DNA from: an uncultured Bacteroidia bacterium
GTDB taxonomy: Bacteria; Bacteroidota; Bacteroidia; NS11-12g; UBA9320
Direction of reading: 5' to 3'
DNA length: 64,000 bases
Assembly (NCBI GenBank): GCA_943846675.1
Contig: OX044357.1
Span: forward strand, 1,408,500 to 1,472,499
Shown here: positions 32,365-40,778 of the stretch, in pieces
How positions within the stretch are numbered: position 1 is the first letter of the stretch
How the letters are laid out: the number at the start of each line of letters is the position of its first letter
Notes under the pieces: generated by a model
The model's database searches: none
Seen by the model: the letters and a program-made list of their open reading frames with translations, nothing else
Told to the model about the DNA's origin: nothing
Program-made: the position numbers and the translations under genes

Positions 32365-33776
32365 GTAAGCGAATTATAGGAATCATTTTTTGGTTGTTAT
32401 TGCCTTTTTATGGTTGGACGCAAGCAACGATAAAAACGTTTAGTCAAGATCAACTGCTCTGGTTTGTGCAGAATTATCACCCTTTAGCCAAACAAGCCAA
32501 CTTGGTTATCCAAAAAGGAGAAAGCACCGTACGCATGGCAAGAGGTGGTTTTGATCCGAAATTAGAAGGTCAGTTTGATCAAAAAACGTTTGACGATAAA
32601 AACTATTATAGTCTTTTGCAAGGTGGATTAAAGATTCCTACTTGGTATGGCATAGCGTTGAAAACAGGTTACGACCAAAACAGTGGCATTCGACTTAATC
32701 CTGAGGATGATGTGCCAAACGGAGGGTTGTGGTATGGGGGTATTTCTGTAACGCTGGGTAACGGTTTATTTATTGATCAGAGACGAGCAACCTTAAGACA
32801 AGCCCAAATATTTTCAGAATCGACGTATGCTGAGCAGCGTAAGTTGATGAACGATTTGTACTTTGATGCCATCAAGTCTTATTGGAAATGGGTCGCCGCA
32901 TGGAATCAGTTTTCTGTCTACGATGAGTCTTTGACACTTGCCCTCGACAGGTTTGAGGCTGTAAAGGGTAGTTTCTCCTTGGGCGACAAACCAGCTATTG
33001 ACACCTTAGAGGCATTTATTCTGGTTCAAAAACGTCAATTGAATCGGACGGATTATGCGCTCGAATATCAGAATGCAACCCTTGAATTATCCAATTTTTT
33101 GTGGTTTGAAAACAACACGCCGTTGTTGATTACAGACAGTTTAATACCAGTAAATTTGGACCAGTTGTCACTGCAAAAGACAATGCCTTACGACACCTTG
33201 GAGCAATTGATGATTGGACTTGACGGCAACCACCCAGATATGGTCTTGTATGATTTCAAACTTGCGACAATGAATATTGACAGAAGGTTGAAAAAAGAGG
33301 CTTTAAAACCGACGGTAAATGTACAATACAATGTATTAAACGAACCTATTGGGAATAGTGTGATTACAGGTTTAACACCCAACAATAGCAAACTTGGCGT
33401 ATCTACAGGATTCCCCATTTTCTTGCGTAAACAACGTGGTGCCCTGCAATTAGCAAACATCAAAATTCAAGAAACACAATTAGGGCGACAACAAAAGTTG
33501 CTTGAACTTCAAAATAAGTTACGGGTATACTACAACGAGCAACTGACATTAAATAATCAAGTAATTCTGTATACAGATGCAGTTGCGAACAGCAACAGGC
33601 TTTTGGCCGGAGAAAGGCAAAAGTTTAGCGCTGGAGAAAGCTCCGTATTTATGGTGAACACCCGGGAGAATTATGTGATTAACGCAAGATTGAAACTGGT
33701 TGAGTTAACCACTAAATACCAGATTTCTTCATCAGGTGTTCAGTGGGCAGCAGGAACACTGTTCACCATCAATTAA
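32361..33776 (+). CDS. TolC family outer membrane protein
   Basis: Signal peptide from 32361; HP motifs; ERQKFSAGESS. Confidence 0.88.
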   Translation: MSKRIIGIIFWLLLPFYGWTQATIKTFSQDQLLWFVQNYHPLAKQANLVIQKGESTVRMARGGFDPKLEGQFDQKTFDDKNYYSLLQGGLKIPTWYGIALKTGYDQNSGIRLNPEDDVPNGGLWYGGISVTLGNGLFIDQRRATLRQAQIFSESTYAEQRKLMNDLYFDAIKSYWKWVAAWNQFSVYDESLTLALDRFEAVKGSFSLGDKPAIDTLEAFILVQKRQLNRTDYALEYQNATLELSNFLWFENNTPLLITDSLIPVNLDQLSLQKTMPYDTLEQLMIGLDGNHPDMVLYDFKLATMNIDRRLKKEALKPTVNVQYNVLNEPIGNSVITGLTPNNSKLGVSTGFPIFLRKQRGALQLANIKIQETQLGRQQKLLELQNKLRVYYNEQLTLNNQVILYTDAVANSNRLLAGERQKFSAGESSVFMVNTRENYVINARLKLVELTTKYQISSSGVQWAAGTLFTIN

Positions 33777-33960
33777 ACACTCTTTTGTGCGCTAAGGCCT
33801 GAACCACATGGGCCAAATGGTGATTGCAGTGCCAAGCGTATAAGCCTATAAAGTGATTTATGGTTAAAGTTGCCTCATGTTCTGGATGAACCAATAGCTT
33901 TTGTAGTTCGTCTGCTGACAAGTGATTTAAAAGGTATGACCACTTTTCATGTAAGCCATC
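33769..33960 (-). pseudogene. C-terminal fragment of a YfiT/DinB-family bacillithiol transferase
   Basis: Manual translation DGLHEKWSYLL...VHPEH...GLYAWHCNHHLAHV; no in-frame N-terminus. Confidence 0.82.
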
Positions 33961-34104
33961 TCTAGTGGTGAGTATGTTTTTTTTATATACATAATGTTTA
34001 ATTCATGGGAATTTACAAAGGCCTACATGTACTTATGTTTATTCCCGCTATAAATGTAGGAAATCCACTTGGGTATCAGTGAAAAAATCAAAAAATCTAA
34101 ACAG

Positions 34105-34343
34105 GATTATTCCTCAAACCTTCGCAAGCTTCGGTTTTCTGTGTTTGTAAGATTTTCTGATTAGAACAATGTCGTTCTAGTAAGTGCTGAGATTTGTTTT
34201 TAATTTGAATAAATGAGAATTTCCGCCAACCGCCAACCGCCAACCGCCAACCTCAATGGTTAACGACATTTTATCCTAAATCAAAAATCATCAGTCAGAA
34301 ATCACCACAAGATTATTCCTCAAACCTTCGCAAGCTCCGGTTT
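34105..34343. repeat. 33-bp hairpin-forming direct repeat (2 copies) flanking a (CCGCCAA)4 tract
   Basis: GATTATTCCTCAAACCTTCGCAAGCTYCGGTTT at 34105 and 34311; heptamer repeat at 34223-34252. Confidence 0.85.
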
Positions 34344-34459
34344 ACGTCAAGATCCTGATAGGCTCCAAATTCCGAAAGCAAAGTTCATCCGCCTTTGGCG
34401 GCTTACTTTTTTGTTCCCTTTCGAAAACTCAAGCGAGCTTGGTTTTCTCTGGAAACAAA

Positions 34460-34491
34460 AAAGTCCACCAACCGATCGGTTGGTGGACTTT
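34460..34491 (-). terminator. perfect 32-bp palindrome, probable original tRNA-Arg terminator
   Basis: AAAGTCCACCAACCGA|TCGGTTGGTGGACTTT, immediately outside the left att site. Confidence 0.7.
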
Positions 34492-34563
34492 GCTTTCTTA
34501 GTGACCTTGGCAGGACAGAGTTCAAACTTTTTTGAGGATTTTAAGTTATTTAATAATTATGTA

Positions 34564-34941
34564 GGTTCTGTCGCACCTATTAGACAAGAATTTAAAAGTA
34601 CAATTATTTTTTAATTCTAAGCGGCCAATGACATGAACGATTTAAACATAGTTTTATCTTGACCAATCAACTGATTTTTCTTAATCATTCTGACAATTTC
34701 AATTCCTGATAAGGTTCTTCTAGCAGATTCAAATTCTTTAAATCCCAAACCTTGCTGAATTCGCCATTTGATAAAACGGTGATCTTGTTCGGTTCTGTCG
34801 CATCTGACTATTTTATTCCTTTTCTTTATCAAAAATGGAATCAGATAAATAATTAAAGTGCTGATTTTCAATTGAATTTATTTTATGACATTTGAATTTT
34901 ATCAGTTTAAATCGGTTAAATTTGGTAGATGCGACAGAACC
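34564..34941 (-). mobile_element. IS6-family remnant (transposase C-terminus, 34617-34790) plus 151-bp MITE-like unit (34791-34941)
   Basis: EQDHRFIK...GFK...ARRTLSGIE IS6 motif; terminal IRs GGTTCTGTCGCA at 34564 and 34791, inverted copy at 34927-34941. Confidence 0.85.
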
Positions 34942-35006
34942 CAAGCGTTGGCTTGTGTGAATTGCAAATGTGCTTGCGGCTACCTTTTTTAAGTTAATCA
35001 ATTATT

Positions 35007-36236
35007 TCACTTTTTTACTATTCTTGATAAGTATACCAATGGTTTTACAATAAGTAAATAGCTAAACTTCTTTAAAACGAAACTTTTATCAATAACCTTT
35101 GCTGCCTTTTCGCCATAATGGTAATACCATTTAACGAAACTTTCTCCCCAGTTTTTTGTTAAAATCCATTCATCTCGGAAATAACGTAATTCCATCACTT
35201 GTGGGTCGTCATAGCTGCCCATTGCTGCGGTTGCTATAAAACAAAAAGACTTATTACCGCATTCATGGCACACTCCTCTTTTCGCCTTTTTTGCTTTAAC
35301 GGTCATTGGGAGGCCGCATTTATCACATTTAACTGGCCGGTGGATACGGAGAAAAAATCGTTTAAAATATGAATTAGTACTAATGTTATCCCAATTTAAA
35401 GCTTTTAGGTTTATGAGGGTGTTTACTTTCAAAGAGATTATTATAAAATTTTTTTCTAGTAATGCAGGGTTTAATTTGAAAAAATCAAAAACTTTAGAAG
35501 AAATATTACTAACAGATTCCGAATCCGTTGTCAAGGTTAAACCACCATATGTAAATGATATTATTTGTTTATACACCTGTTCATTTGTAATTTTAATTTC
35601 AGCATCATTAAGAATAATGGATTTTTCAACAGAAGTTTGAGGAACTTCAAAAAAACTTTCTATTTTATTTAAAGGGTTACCTGATAAATCAATCTTTATT
35701 AGATAGTTAAAAGTATCATTTACATTTATCACAGAGACTTCGTTATTTGAAAGATTAATCTCCATAACATTAGGGAATAAAGCTAAATCTGATAAATCAT
35801 TAATTTTATTATTGCTAACATCTAAGAACCTTACCATTTCTAGTTCTGTATCACTAAACCAATCCGCTAGTTCAGAAATACTGATAAGTCCTTTATTTGT
35901 AACTTTTAATAAACCTGCACCTCCTGAGTAATCCGATTCAATATCATCTCTAAAAAATTTAGATGGTCTATTTTTAAAATGAACTATCCATCCATCATCA
36001 ACTCTAACTTTGTTATGTAGCTCAGAAAAATTAGGAACAGTTGATATTTTCTTTTCTTTTGGAGGTACTATGTGAGGTTTTGACTTTATTCTGCTTACAT
36101 GTTCTGTTTGAATTGACTTTCTTTTTATTGATGGAGTGCTTATCAAGTTAGAACAAAATTCACATTTCACATTAGATTGACCATCTTCATAAACGTTAGC
36201 AGCGCCACAACTGGTGCATGAAATTGACTTACTCAT
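35007..36236 (-). CDS. Zn-ribbon / LRR / CFI-box-CTERM protein (paralog 2)
   Basis: CTSC..CEFC; LDVSNNKI, INLSNNEV and IDLSGNPL LRRs; extra CDKC..CHEC; CFIATAAMGSYDDPQVMELRYFRD. Confidence 0.85.
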   Translation of the reverse strand: MSKSISCTSCGAANVYEDGQSNVKCEFCSNLISTPSIKRKSIQTEHVSRIKSKPHIVPPKEKKISTVPNFSELHNKVRVDDGWIVHFKNRPSKFFRDDIESDYSGGAGLLKVTNKGLISISELADWFSDTELEMVRFLDVSNNKINDLSDLALFPNVMEINLSNNEVSVINVNDTFNYLIKIDLSGNPLNKIESFFEVPQTSVEKSIILNDAEIKITNEQVYKQIISFTYGGLTLTTDSESVSNISSKVFDFFKLNPALLEKNFIIISLKVNTLINLKALNWDNISTNSYFKRFFLRIHRPVKCDKCGLPMTVKAKKAKRGVCHECGNKSFCFIATAAMGSYDDPQVMELRYFRDEWILTKNWGESFVKWYYHYGEKAAKVIDKSFVLKKFSYLLIVKPLVYLSRIVKK

Positions 36237-36237
36237 T

Positions 36238-36445
36238 TCAATTTTTAAATTTGGTTATTTTTTTTAAATCTGTTATTTCCTTCAATAAGGTATCGCCTTC
36301 TTCTAAGTGTTTAAATAGCAATACTTTCAAGTTCCTTTAACATACTTCAAAGTGCTGTAAAAAACCCTTCTATCTCATAGTTTTTATTAGCTCTTTTTTT
36401 AATGACTTCAAGTGATTCTTCAATAAATTTTCTTATTTCTTCCAT
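36238..36445 (-). pseudogene. degraded small ORF between the paralogs
   Basis: MEEIRKFIEESLEVIKKR... stops early; a coding-like continuation lies in another frame (KHLEEGDTLLKEITDLKK). Confidence 0.35.
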
Positions 36446-36449
36446 AATT

Positions 36450-37697
36450 TTACTTTTTTACTATTCTTGATAAGTATACTAATGGTTTCACAATAAGTAA
36501 ATAGCTAAACTTCTTTAAGATGTAACTTTTTTCAATGAACTTAGCAGCAATTGCTCCATAATGGTAATACCATTTAACAAAACTTTCACCCCAACTTTTT
36601 TGTAAAATCCATTCATCACGAAAATGACGTAACTCCATGACCTGAGGATGGTCATAACTGCCCATGGTGGCAGTTGCAATAAAGCAAAAAGAAGTTTCTT
36701 TATCTTTAAATGAGGTGCTATATTTTTTCAAATATGCTTCCTTAAGTTGGGAGAAATTGCCCGTCCTTATCTTTATTTCGTGATTACTCCCTTTTGAGTC
36801 AATAATATTCATTTTAAAAAGGATCTTATTTTCAAAATCCTTGGCCTTTAGGTAATTCCCGCTTTTCATTCGAATAAGAGGACCGTAATTAATTTTAGAC
36901 AACAAATCTGGTGAACCATCTGGGTATTTGTTTTTAAGTTTACGTATTGTGTCAGATAAATCAACAGGGTTGTCTGTAAAGTCTAAATTAACGCTGATAC
37001 CATCAATAATTAACACCTCTAATGCAACAAAATCAATCGTTTGTATTTTATTCTTTGACAGATCTATTTGCAGTATATTCTGTATTTTCCAATAATTAGT
37101 ATCAATTATTGTGTTTATATTGAAGGTAGTAATTAAGTTCTCTGATAAGTCTAATTTTTTTAATTCATTCGATTTTATGTTAAAATTAGTAGAGGTAATT
37201 TCATTATTTTTGAGAATTAATCTCTCAAGATTAATTAAATGAGAAATATCATAAGAGTCACTAAGTTTATTGTTCGAAAGATCTAGAAATCTGATACTTT
37301 GAAGTTCAGTATCGGTATACCAATCGAATAAGTCTTCAAATGCTTGTAAGTTCTTCCTCGTTAAAAGAAGTTCACCTCCCCCATTAGAATAATCAAATAC
37401 AATTTTATCTTGAACAAACTTAGAAGGTTTGTTTTTGAAATGAGCAATCCAACCATTGTCAACCCTAACAAGATTATGAGGTTCACCAAAATTGGGAGGG
37501 TTTGATGATTTTTTCTGCCTAGGCTTTGTAATTTCGGGTTTTGTTTTTAGGCGACTTTCTCCTCCATTTTTTATAGCTTTAGTTTCATTGATGGGAATAT
37601 TTATTACACTACCACAAAAATCACATTTAACTGATGATTCCCCCGATTCATAGATATTTGCCCCACCACAACTTTGACAGTTAATTGCTCTACTCAT
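36450..37697 (-). CDS. Zn-ribbon / LRR / CFI-box-CTERM protein (paralog 1)
   Basis: CQSC..CDFC; LDLSNNKL, LILKNNEI, LDLSENLI and IDLSKNKI LRRs; CFIATATMGSYDHPQVMELRHFRD. Confidence 0.85.
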   Translation of the reverse strand: MSRAINCQSCGGANIYESGESSVKCDFCGSVINIPINETKAIKNGGESRLKTKPEITKPRQKKSSNPPNFGEPHNLVRVDNGWIAHFKNKPSKFVQDKIVFDYSNGGGELLLTRKNLQAFEDLFDWYTDTELQSIRFLDLSNNKLSDSYDISHLINLERLILKNNEITSTNFNIKSNELKKLDLSENLITTFNINTIIDTNYWKIQNILQIDLSKNKIQTIDFVALEVLIIDGISVNLDFTDNPVDLSDTIRKLKNKYPDGSPDLLSKINYGPLIRMKSGNYLKAKDFENKILFKMNIIDSKGSNHEIKIRTGNFSQLKEAYLKKYSTSFKDKETSFCFIATATMGSYDHPQVMELRHFRDEWILQKSWGESFVKWYYHYGAIAAKFIEKSYILKKFSYLLIVKPLVYLSRIVKK

Positions 37698-38148
37698 TTT
37701 TATCGTTTTTAAATTGGATAAACATTTTTTTTGCTAATTTTTCAAAACTTACCTTTTCACCTTCGATCAGGATATATGTGTTTTGGTTAAAGGGTTTTAA
37801 TTTTTCTAACTCATTATTTACTTCTTCTACCTTGCCTAGCAATAGAAAACATTGAAAAATACCGTAATGACATTTTGCTGCGGTTTTTCCAAATTCATTT
37901 CCGCTGTCTAATGCAGAAATTGTTGCATCAGGATAATTAGTAATTACTTGATTGAATGTTTCAATTGCTTGCTCGAACTGTTTTATTTTAAAGTAGCAAA
38001 GACCAACATTATATAATGCATCATCAGCTAAATCACTTTGAGGGTATTCATCAATTAACATTTTGAATTTGTTGATTGAATCAAGATAAAATTCATCTTT
38101 AGCAAGATTAAGTCCTTCTGTAAAATACTGTATTTCGTTATCGTGCAT
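37690..38148 (-). CDS. tetratricopeptide repeat protein
   Basis: YPQSDLADDALYNVGLCYF...AIETFNQVITNYP. Confidence 0.85.
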   Translation of the reverse strand: MHDNEIQYFTEGLNLAKDEFYLDSINKFKMLIDEYPQSDLADDALYNVGLCYFKIKQFEQAIETFNQVITNYPDATISALDSGNEFGKTAAKCHYGIFQCFLLLGKVEEVNNELEKLKPFNQNTYILIEGEKVSFEKLAKKMFIQFKNDKNE

Positions 38149-38500
38149 TTCGTTTGTTTTTTTGTTCTTGTTTATAATCGGATGCCGAAAAAGTTTCGGC
38201 TTTAGAAACTTTCAAAATATATGTTGCTCCACCTAAAAGTAAAGCAAGTGCGACACCAAATCCTGTATCGTACCAAACTTGTTTGTAACAGATATAGCCA
38301 CCTACAATTAAAATAGAACTGAATAGAAATACAGCTACTTTACCGTTAATAGATGAAATAAAAGCGATAGGCAGAAATAAAATAATAAAAGCTATAATGA
38401 TTTGAGCAAACGAACGGTCAGTTTCAAAAGCATAAATTAATATCCCACAACTTAAACCTGCTAATAGTATTCCGATAATTGTACTTGCTATTTTACTCAT
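38138..38500 (-). CDS. small four-TM membrane protein
   Basis: Four hydrophobic segments; overlaps its neighbours. Confidence 0.75.
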   Translation of the reverse strand: MSKIASTIIGILLAGLSCGILIYAFETDRSFAQIIIAFIILFLPIAFISSINGKVAVFLFSSILIVGGYICYKQVWYDTGFGVALALLLGGATYILKVSKAETFSASDYKQEQKNKRNAR

Positions 38501-39483
38501 TATAAGTTGTTTAAAATTCGTTTTTTAGTTTCGTTAAACTCTTCTTGGTCAATGGCTCCCATATCCAATAACTCTTTAAGTTTTTTCAATTTTGAAAAAG
38601 AGTCTTCTTCTGTATCTGCTGATTGATTATTCTGTTGCATAGCTTGATTCATCATTTGTGGAATCATAAACCCCATACCCATACCTGCTCCGAGCCCCAT
38701 TCCTTCACCAGCATTTCCTGTAGGATTTTCTGCCGCCTTTTCCATTGATTGTCCCATTTGAAACTTCATAAAATCGTCCATATTTCCGACAGCAGACATT
38801 CCTGAGCGAGTGTCAATCATTTTTTGAACTTCTGGTGGAACTGAAACAGAATTAATTAAGAAATCATGTAATTCTAAACCCAGCCCTTCAAAATCAAGAT
38901 TTAAGCTGTTTTTTATTAAAATTGATAGGTTATCAAAATGTTGCGGTAAGTCGAATACTGTTTTCACATGTTGTCCGAGAGTAACGTTCAGTTTTTGAAG
39001 AATGATTGATTTTAAGTAATCCGAAATGTCGGAATCTCGAAAAACACCTTGTGTACCAACAACTTTATTTAGAAATAACGAAGGTTCTTTTATTGTAATG
39101 GAAAATGCTCCATAACTCCTCAACCTTATCATTTTCAATTCAGAATCTCTAAATAAGATTGGCTCTTTTGTTCCCCACTTTAAGTTTCGAAACAACTTCA
39201 TGTTAAGGAAATAAACCTCAGATTTGAATGGAGAGTCTTTTCCGTAACCTAATGAAGTTATTAATTTGGTTAAAATTGGAATGTTTTGAGTTTTTAAAAC
39301 ATGTCTACCAGCACTAAAAACATCTAATGATTTTCCATCTCTGAAAAAGACAGCCTTTTGACTTTCTCGAACAATGAGTTGAGCACCCATTTTAAATTCA
39401 CCACTACTATCTTCTGGTACTCTTTGCACCATAGAGTCTCCTGTGTTATCAAGGTATTCTATTATTTCCATTAGTTTTCCCAT
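38500..39483 (-). CDS. SPFH/Band-7 domain protein (YdjI-like) with C-terminal SHOCT
   Basis: GAQLIVRESQKAVFFRDG, KWGTKEP, GMGLGAGMGMG; LKKLKELLDMGAIDQEEFNETKKRIL. Confidence 0.88.
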   Translation of the reverse strand: MGKLMEIIEYLDNTGDSMVQRVPEDSSGEFKMGAQLIVRESQKAVFFRDGKSLDVFSAGRHVLKTQNIPILTKLITSLGYGKDSPFKSEVYFLNMKLFRNLKWGTKEPILFRDSELKMIRLRSYGAFSITIKEPSLFLNKVVGTQGVFRDSDISDYLKSIILQKLNVTLGQHVKTVFDLPQHFDNLSILIKNSLNLDFEGLGLELHDFLINSVSVPPEVQKMIDTRSGMSAVGNMDDFMKFQMGQSMEKAAENPTGNAGEGMGLGAGMGMGFMIPQMMNQAMQQNNQSADTEEDSFSKLKKLKELLDMGAIDQEEFNETKKRILNNL

Positions 39484-39484
39484 C

Positions 39485-39934
39485 TTACAAATCTTTTAAG
39501 TACTGGTTTCTTTTATTAATTGAGTTTTCAAGTGATTGAATATGTTGTTTCGTATTCTCTAAATTCGTAGCTGCTAGTCCTTCTTGCAAATTTTCTGTAG
39601 CATCAAAAATGTCTAAATCCATTTGATAGATATTTTCAAGTTCCTCATTTTTAATTACTGAGTCTGAAAAAAAAGCAGAAGCCCCATAAGGTGAATACTT
39701 TATTAAATCTTTCAGATTATTGATTTTCTTCCTCACTTTTTCAATTTCAGCTAACTCAGATAATTCAGAAACTTCAATTAATGAATTGATAATTTTTTCT
39801 GTTTCAGAAAGCTTATCTGCAATTTGTTCTCTTAATTGTCGGTCGCATTCTCTTCTGCTGTCTCTTTCTTGATAACCTTTATAACCAGGTATCAATGTTC
39901 CGATTTTGTCAAATATGTTTGTTTTTCTATTCAT
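39485..39934 (-). CDS. conserved helical hypothetical protein, first gene of the SPFH operon
   Basis: IPGYKGYQERDSRRECDRQLR...YGASAFF...LENIYQMD; coiled-coil character. Confidence 0.78.
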   Translation of the reverse strand: MNRKTNIFDKIGTLIPGYKGYQERDSRRECDRQLREQIADKLSETEKIINSLIEVSELSELAEIEKVRKKINNLKDLIKYSPYGASAFFSDSVIKNEELENIYQMDLDIFDATENLQEGLAATNLENTKQHIQSLENSINKRNQYLKDL

Positions 39935-40111
39935 ATTTATCAGTTATGTAAGCGTTGTCAAAAAAGCAATGTGTGCGCAGCACTCTTTGCTTTGTGCGGT
40001 GTTACCACATAAGTGCCTGCACCTCTTTGATAATAAATAATAAAATGTTTTGCAGCCATAGAGTTATTTTGTAAGTCTTCAAACACAAGCTCAAAATGCA
40101 GCCAATCTGCA

Positions 40112-40453
40112 TTTTCGATTTAACAGGTATGTTTGTGCAGAATCAATAATTATTTTCATTAAAATTTAATCTATCTACTTGAAACAATTAAATCTTTTAT
40201 ATCTACATCTATAATCTCAGCGATTTCATTCAAAATCTCCAATCGGGGTTGTTGTCTGTTTTGTACATAGCCGTTCACCATATTATAACTTTTATCTAAC
40301 TCTTCAGCTAGCCAAGTTTGCTTGATACCCTTTTCTTCTAGTACTTCTTTTATTCTGTTCATGATAATTTGAAATTCAATATCTAAAATAGATATTATAT
40401 ATTGAAAAACAAGATGTAAAAGACACTTATTTCAATACCTGTTAAATCGAAAA
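40112..40453. repeat. perfect 19-bp inverted repeats bounding the XRE gene (candidate invertible segment)
   Basis: TTTTCGATTTAACAGGTAT (40112-40130) and ATACCTGTTAAATCGAAAA (40435-40453). Confidence 0.85.
40171..40362 (-). CDS. XRE-family helix-turn-helix regulator
   Basis: MNRIKEVLEEKGIKQTWLAEEL...NRQQPRLEIL. Confidence 0.9.
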   Translation of the reverse strand: MNRIKEVLEEKGIKQTWLAEELDKSYNMVNGYVQNRQQPRLEILNEIAEIIDVDIKDLIVSSR

Positions 40454-40554
40454 ACGTCGTTTGAACACAAATTACGACGTACAACGACGTTTAACGGCAT
40501 TCGACGTCGTATTAAGGTTGTTTTTTTTTGAAAATGGAAAAGAGAGGTTACATG

Positions 40555-40592
40555 AAAAATAAAAAAAGGTCATGCAGTTTTCCTTGACCTTT
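40555..40592 (-). terminator. intrinsic terminator upstream of the XRE segment
   Basis: Minus strand AAAGGTCA-loop-TGACCTTT followed by a T-run. Confidence 0.6.
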
Positions 40593-40628
40593 AGACCTGA
40601 ATAATGAAACTAAAAGAGTACAGATTAT

Positions 40629-40778
40629 TTACATTCCCATATCCTTAAAATCTCCTATCAGTATTTTACTTAATCTTAACAAGGCAGTAACCCCTGCAAC
40701 AATAATTACTGCTCCAATCATTGTCTTAACTATTTTCTGAATCTCTTCATTAGAAGATTTAGTCTTTTCCGTTTTCAT
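40629..40778 (-). CDS. 49-aa single-TM protein (not in the ORF track)
   Basis: MKTEKTKSSNEEIQKIVKTMIGAVIIVAGVTALLRLSKILIGDFKDMGM; overlaps the upstream ORF. Confidence 0.5.
   Translation of the reverse strand: MKTEKTKSSNEEIQKIVKTMIGAVIIVAGVTALLRLSKILIGDFKDMGM

Noticed and set aside
28600-33776. Novel bacteriocin or RTX secretion cluster
   Set aside because: Common Bacteroidota TetR-ABC-HlyD-TolC operon; no substrate or precursor gene is visible
34411-34614. Stand-alone 67-aa gene
   Set aside because: It crosses hairpins, the att core and an IS end; only 34501 onward is meaningful, as the alternative recombinase tail
34617-35001. Intact 84-aa and 62-aa genes
   Set aside because: Chimeric frames running through the MITE-like unit and the transposase fragment
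35007-37697. Diversity-generating retroelement TR/VR pair
   Set aside because: Both similar regions are coding, the differences are not adenine-specific, and no reverse transcriptase is present
40112-40453. Integron attC site (ATTTAAC...GTTAAAT cores are present)
   Set aside because: The span of about 330 bp far exceeds attC size, it contains a gene, and no integron integrase is present
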